64,000 bases of DNA from Eledone cirrhosa (taxonomy: Eukaryota), in NCBI GenBank assembly GCA_964016885.1, contig OZ024743.1, positions 268,150,001 to 268,214,000 on the forward strand, read 5' to 3'. Below are positions 56,986 through 64,000 of the stretch, one piece after another; positions within the stretch are counted from its first letter, which is position 1, and each line of letters starts with the position of its first letter. A model generated the notes under the pieces. That model was not told the DNA's origin. It saw only the letters and a program-made list of their open reading frames with translations, and made no database searches. Both the position numbers and the translations under genes were made by a program.

Positions 56986-58065
56986 TCTTACACATTTTAT
57001 TACGACCAGCATCAACCTCACATTCACTATCACCAGCATTACCACCACCACCATAACCAACACTGCCCCCAACGTCTTCACACACCCCAACAGCCACCAC
57101 AAACATTATACTACTATGAGCAGCTCTAACAATATTAGCACCGTCGTCGCCAACACCAGCATCATACCGATCACCAACCACCATCACCACCTCGAATACC
57201 ACCAAAACTACATAACCTTGTCAATATGTCATAGTTACTAGTTCACCATTAAAAACACATGGAGATAGCCGCTAACACAAGCACCACAATACGAGGTTAC
57301 AAAAAGCACAATCACAATCCGTAACCAGTGTACCTCTGGGTGTTCAATCATTCTGTAAGATATGACAGCCAAATATCCTTCAAATTAAACTTTCCAGCAT
57401 CATCCCAATTACCGTCGCCATCAACAACGCCATAAACTAATGTTAGTCCATTACATGACACCATGGATAAGGTATTAATGAGGATCCACCGTTGTAGCTG
57501 CGTTTTTCTAATGAACGTCCATCTTATGCTTAAGTTGCGTATGTGTGTGTCCGTGAAACATATCATATACACGAGGTCCGAACACAAAAGAACCAATCTG
57601 CCACAGACACTGCTTTCGTGTCTGCCGTTCTCCTCATCTCTCACTACTATGAGCAAATAGGGCCACCCGCTAGCCACCTCGCGGCCCCACCGGACAGAAA
57701 AGAGAAGGCGTTTCCCAGAAGGCTAGTGAGAGAGAATGCACTGGAAGACTCATTCCACCTCGCGTCTCAGCCGTATAATCGGCAAGTAAGATATAGAAGA
57801 CATATTTCCCTCAAATCTCAATCTACCATCTATACTAAGAAACAAAAGCTGACTGATGTAGTTTATGATAAGCAAAATATATATATATATATATACCGAA
57901 TGGTCAGTGATGGAATAAATTGATTACTGTGTTTACCTATCAGGAATGCCGTGTGCACCTAAACAAGAATAAACTTTAATTAACCATTTACTACAACCCA
58001 TGCACCATCAGAATTTTTAACACTACAACCTCTTAAGACAAACTGTTAGCACCCTGTTAGTTCCG

Positions 58066-58330
58066 ACGATGAGTGTTCCATTTGATATTATCAACGGAAC
58101 AACCTGCTCGTCAAAATAACGTGTAAGTTCCTGAGAATTACACAGATACGCGGACTGTTCTCGGATACATTCAGCGTGAAACACGATGTGACGAGGTTGG
58201 CCAATTGTATTACCAGCTGAGTGAACTGAAACAACGTGATATAAAGTGTCTTGCTTAAGGACACAACGCGCCGCCGGTGATTGAACTCATGACATTACGA
58301 TCGTGAGCTGATTACTTTAACGACTAAACA
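58066..58330 (-). mobile_element. tRNA-headed SINE-like repeat, family 2
   Basis: Minus-strand gagttcaatcacc box B and gttgtgtccttaagcaagacac; body shared with 9863-10000. Confidence 0.6.
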
Positions 58331-58864
58331 ACAAGCTTTTACATACTACTAATTCGACAGTCATCTACGTCGTAACCATACCAACTGTCAATACCGTTAC
58401 CATAAACATTACTTCCATTTCAAACATATTCACATCTACTAACATTACTACTTTCAATTTTTCAAAATCAGAAAACTTAAAGAGGCTATTAGTCCGCTCT
58501 ATGTCTTTGAATCTCTAATTATCTATTCAAACCGCGATGATGCTCGGATACCACCTACGGAAGTCTTCATATATCTTTTCTTGTAAAAGGAGTTTGTTCA
58601 TGCATGGCAATATTTGCTAGAGGCAAGTTGTCATGGTCCCATGTAACATGAGTTAATCACATTTTCTACAATGCTTTTAACATTTTGTTAGAAATGCTTC
58701 TTCCTTCATAATCTTCAAACAACTCTTTATGAACCATTCTCTATTACCTTCATTTTAAAACAATTTTAATATTGAAACCGCCGTGCGATCCACTTTGTGC
58801 TAGCTTCATATTTTATAAACATCTGAAAATCTACTTCAAATCACACCTTACCATAGATGAAAAT

Positions 58865-59185
58865 ATGGCTCAGTGGTTAAGAAGTTTGTTTCGCAATAAT
58901 TAGCTCCCGGACACGGTTCCACTGCCTGGCATCTTCAGTAAGAATCTTTAATATTGTTTGGGGTCGAAAATGCCTTGTGAGTGTAATTGGGTAAACAGAA
59001 ACTCTATGCAAACTCATCGAATGCATTGTACCTGTAATTCAAAGATTTAGCTTTGTCACTAATGTTGCGTTGATTCTGTTGAGAATTACATTAAAGGTAC
59101 ACGTGACTCCGAAATATTTAAGAATGTTCACCCTAATTCACGAATCGGACGTTCAGTTGATCGAATAATTGAATATTCATAGACG
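58865..59185 (+). mobile_element. tRNA-headed SINE-like repeat, family 2
   Basis: tggctcagtggttaag box A; body similar to 35505-35840. Confidence 0.6.
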
Positions 59186-59541
59186 AAGGAACTCTGTGTC
59201 AAAAGATTTGGGGGAAGGGAAAGGGTAGGGTGCATTCGATAATGTAGTCATACATCTACTATGTTTGAAAAAATGGACATAGATATGACTGAACCGGATT
59301 TGATCAGAACTATGCTCAATTAAGATTGCTCGGAACTAGACAACAATAAACACCGTTAAAACATTTTCGTCACCGTCACCAGAATATTCAAAATCAAATC
59401 CAACACAGATAATCCAAATACTCCTACTGTTAGCACCGTAACCATCATAATAACCTGTAAAACCATGTGCCAACACTAATAACTCTGGTATCATTACTAA
59501 TATAATTCATGCATCAATGCATGAATTATATTATATTAGCA

Positions 59542-59683
59542 TGTTGTTGAATTCAGCCTGAGTACATCGGTGTGGATTTACTTCATATTATATTAGCAGT
59601 GATATGCATGAACACTAACATATCACAGCTAATATAATATGAAGTACCTCCACACCGATGTACTAAGGCTGAATTCCACAACA
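59542..59683. repeat. Long hairpin, ~65-bp arms and 12-nt spacer
   Basis: tgttgttgaattcagcctgagtacatcggtgtgga... / ...tccacaccgatgtactaaggctgaattccacaaca. Confidence 0.9.
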
Positions 59684-59835
59684 ACAGTCATAATATACAT
59701 CACAGTCACCTACAGCAATATTCCTTATCACTAACCCTTCATCACAACTTCTTCAGCACCAAAACTTCGAACACAGCAGCCCAACCACTAGCAACCCCAA
59801 CACAGCCATCAACTAGTAATACTACTGTATGTGTT

Positions 59836-60075
<240 letters not shown>

Positions 60076-60288
60076 AAGTGTTTGGTTTCTTTTCTACATT
60101 ATTTATGAACCATCCATTGTTATCAGAGATTTCAAACCAACTCGATTCCGGATGACAAAAGAACCGAGTTTCTCTTTGAACTTTCATGAAAAGGCAATTT
60201 TACAGATGGTCTCACTAAGGAAATGCTTTATGCAATGATCATAATACAAAGGTAGGCTTCTACTCGCTACGTTGTGTATGTGTGTATG

Positions 60289-60380
<92 letters not shown>

Positions 60381-60386
60381 AATATG

Positions 60387-60422
<36 letters not shown>

Positions 60423-60732
60423 CATACATATATATATATATAGGTATATATACATACACACATTTATATACACGTACAAACTTATATTTATAATTATACA
60501 TATATTTAAATATTTATATTTATATATATGTATGTCAGTGTTTGTGTGTGTGTGTGTCTGTAAATGTGCTTCTGTGTGTAAGATCACATTAATGTTGATT
60601 AAATAAGAACTTGCAATTGTGTAGACATATGAAAACCTGTTTTCGATGACATTAAATATCAAAAACATTAATATATGAGACATACATGCATAGGTTTATA
60701 GATCTAAATACAAACCCATATATATATATATA

Positions 60733-60820
60733 ATGAATGAAGTGTGGTAAGGAACCAGGTGGAGCATAACGCACCAGAGTACTCAATACTTAGGGTAGTA
60801 GAGTGGGTAATAGGAAAATG
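60733..60820 (-). mobile_element. Family B fragment between (TA)n tracts
   Basis: Reverse complement of 30918-31003. Confidence 0.75.
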
Positions 60821-60833
60821 TTATATATATATA

Positions 60834-61021
60834 TAATTGTTTCTACTTTAGGCACAAGGCCAGCAATTACCCAGTGCATTACTGGTACTTTATTTTATCG
60901 ACCCCGTAAGGATGAAAGGCAAAGTCAACCTCGGCGGGATTTGAACTCAGATCGTAAAGGGACGTAACTATGCTGGAAAGCATGGCGTCCGACCCTCTAC
61001 CAATACTGCCAATCCTCCGCC
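60834..61021 (-). mobile_element. tRNA-derived SINE, family 1
   Basis: Reverse complement is near-identical to 29418-29602. Confidence 0.9.
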
Positions 61022-62229
61022 ATATAGATATATGTATGTATATACACACATATAGATATATGTATGTATATATATATATTACTCGGAAAAGATTGTTTGG
61101 TAAAGCAGGAGAAAGCTCTCAACAATCGTTGTTTTAGTTACGATGGAGAATTTTATAAAAATAATAAAATAAGATGCTGAGGTTACATATATCGTTTAAT
61201 CATAATAATTATTTCTACGGTTCTCCATGCAATCGAGATGTCCTTCATGCATTTGCTGTTGATTATGAGAACGATTTCCTCAGATGAAGATCGATATATT
61301 TGATATGCTGCTGGCAGGAAAACAAACATCCTAGTGCCTGTGCGCCCAGCATTCATATGAGTTCCTTGAAGGGTTTGTCTTGAAAAAACTATCACCGAAA
61401 GAAGATGAAAAGAACGAAGAACCGTGTGTAACCAACACCCAGTAGACAGTTGAAGGAATACAAGGAGCTCTTAGGGGGGTGGGGGAATACATTTAGTTGA
61501 CGACCACCTATAGACAACAACAAAAACGACAACGACAACTACATCAACAACAATGACAATAACATCAAACCGCCGACCAAAGTTATCCACACTGGTCGCA
61601 ATATTCGTGCTGATACCATCACCCTATTGACAACAACAACTAAAACAACAGCTACAGTAAAAACACTTACAATGACAACAGCTACAAAGGACAACAACAG
61701 CAAAAACGCGGACCAGTGTCGTGTATACAGGTCGTAGTCGTCTCAGTGACGGAACCACCCTGTTGACCGTAAGAGCGATAATGCCAAAGCAATAAAAAGG
61801 AGTTTAGAGGTGGGTGGGTACACAGAGTTGGTGGTATCATCATCATGACCATTAACAGTAACAACAACAATGACAGCGACAACAAACACCAACACCACCC
61901 ACCATCATCCCGTTCGTCGCAGTAGTGGTGGTATTCACTGTGTCAGAATTAAGCCATTGGTAATACCAATAACAACAACAACAACAGCGATGACCCTCAC
62001 CACGGCGACGGCGGCAACAGAAAAAAAACCACGCTTCCATGAAAATTAAACTAACCACAATAGTAGTCCGTTGAAACAAGGAGGTGAAAATGGGATAGAA
62101 ACATGGATGAGTATTTATATATATAAAAACATTCCCAGTTAATACAATCCTCCTCTATCACTGGAAGGCACAAGGCCAGCAATGATCATAGCATTCAGTC
62201 CCAACCACAGTGGCAACAATACTATCAAA

Positions 62230-62960
62230 AGGGCTGTTAGGCCATGGAAGAGATTTACGGGAAGCGAAAGTAGGAACAGGAACAAATAGTCCTCTCCTTA
62301 TTTAAGGTTTCATCATATCTGACTTTCACATCCAGTCCAGAATAGCTACAGTTTTCACTTCATTGCGGAGGTTGTCTCGTCGCGCTGTCCATTTTCTGAT
62401 TTTCAGAAGAGGGCATACATTTTAGTTTTATTTTCAACAACACACATTTCGTCGTATCAAATTTCACTCTAAAGTCTAAAGAAAATTGGTTAATGACGTA
62501 TAATTGGCTTTATGGTCATCAACAAAAAAAGATCGAAGATTCTTCTGGCTCCACTCTATGACACATATGTTTGGTGAGTAAGTATGATATGACCGTGGGT
62601 TAAATGAGAGGACGAAGAGCAGCATTGGCAAGCTATCATCATAAAATATGCATTTTTGGTTAAGAAAGAAATCAGACTAAGAGTGGTTGCGGGACTTGGA
62701 CAAATGTAAAGACTTCGTAATCAAGTAATCCAGGCGCACAACATTAAGCTTATGCGATTCCTTTCTGTTTTCTCATAGACCGTTTTGCTAATTAGTAGCT
62801 GCTCTATACTGTCCACATCTACCTCTTTTCCTCAGCTTGTTCAGGCATTATAATGTTGTCGGTTGTACAATGATCCAGATGGAGGTATCTAGTGTATAAC
62901 TTTGCATTATGTTTTACCCTTTTGTTAAGTGGTAAATTTTAGCAAGGGTAGTTTGGCTAT
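62230..62960 (-). pseudogene. Possible highly degraded LINE reverse transcriptase fragment
   Basis: Minus-strand remnants CTTDNII and VKFDTTKC resemble non-LTR RT motifs in the expected order; no continuous ORF. Confidence 0.3.
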
Positions 62961-64000
62961 TCTGGCGTATAAGGAGAGTAGTAATTTTCAGACAAAATGT
63001 TGATGTATGATTTTGGTAGAGAAGGAATATGTTTCATTGTAAATTTCACTGTCATCAAAATTACCAAATTCAATGTTGTCGCAGGAATAACTAGCAATAA
63101 CATTCCCAGCAGCAACAACAGCAACATAACTAACAGTTAAGCAAGAAAAGGATAGAAGCTAGTTTTTAGGTGCAGCAAAAATAGTTGCTGATCGATATAC
63201 CATGTATTTATTTCATCATTAGCTAGTAATAGAACCTACGCACGAAATAGTTTTAAAAAATAATATATATTTGTATATATCTAATTATATAAAATATATT
63301 GTTTTCCCTTGCAATAATGTGGTTTGTATTAACTTTTTTGTTGTGATTAGTATATATTCTTTTAATTTATCGATGTTTTTTTTTTATATCTGCCTTGCTT
63401 GTTTTCACCCTGTTTATCAAAATTGGACACTGATGGGTGTTGGGAGAATGGAAAATTACTAAATGTGTCTTAAGATGTGATATTCTCCACCGTATTTGTA
63501 TTCAGCACAATGTCTTTATAAAAGTTATTGTAGCTGATATTTTAAAGTAAATCTATTTGTTAACGTAATACAAAAATCTAGAAATAAAATATCTTTATTG
63601 TTACAGATGTTTTCCCATCTTATAGAAATTGATATGCTCTTTTATACTTTTTTGAATGAACATATTATTTGTAATTCCTTTATTCTTTTATCTCTAAATG
63701 TTTACAGACATTAAACAGCACTCTTCTATAACATTTGTAGCCCGGAGGGACTGAACCTGAATTCATGTGGTTGCGAAGCGATTTCCTGCACCTGTGACTA
63801 CACTATTTCGCTATATTTTGTTTAAATGATGGTTGTCTTGAATGGTATCAGTCCGATTCGCATTTAATTGATGTAGGATTTGATAATATGATTGCTACTT
63901 TGTTATGATTGTACTCTTCATCCCTAGAATGGAATAAAACATTCAAATAATACATTCAAATATATCTTACAAATGATTGTCATTTGAATTTTTGTTTTGA

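Noticed and set aside
42175-57102. Huge minus-strand ORFs (GSGV and VVVL repeats, up to 3226 aa) suggesting a silk/elastin-like protein
   Set aside because: They are antisense or alternate-frame translations of the 12-mer. Variants are more often non-conservative in these frames, stops interrupt them, and no unique domain is attached.
57440-57923. GC-richer stretch with short ORFs after the array as the C-terminal exon of a mucin
   Set aside because: No cysteine-knot, SEA, vWD or transmembrane pattern recognised; it may be a repeat fragment.

Overview
AT-rich eukaryotic DNA saturated with microsatellites. The SINE families resemble those I recall from octopus/cephalopod genomes (inference, no search run). 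No conventional host gene can be supported, and most listed ORFs are microsatellite translations. Main contents: (1) two decayed Penelope-like retroelements (RT + C-terminal GIY-YIG) of different clades, lying tail-to-tail across a (TA)n tract at 15.4-22.5 kb. (2) Several families of small non-coding elements that abut (TA)n, show inverted junctions, and carry type I hammerhead ribozyme motifs. The best is an intact hammerhead at 30082-30161 inside a ~520-bp unit with a terminal direct repeat (retrozyme-like). (3) tRNA-derived SINEs, non-autonomous Helitrons, hAT and pogo-like MITEs. (4) A ~19.5-kb 12-bp tandem array (37.36-56.86 kb). Its + strand holds an unbroken ~14.8-kb Thr-rich frame ([16 protein letters not shown]) with many synonymous variants, so it is either a giant mucin-like exon or a satellite. 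Many local inverted duplications also occur.
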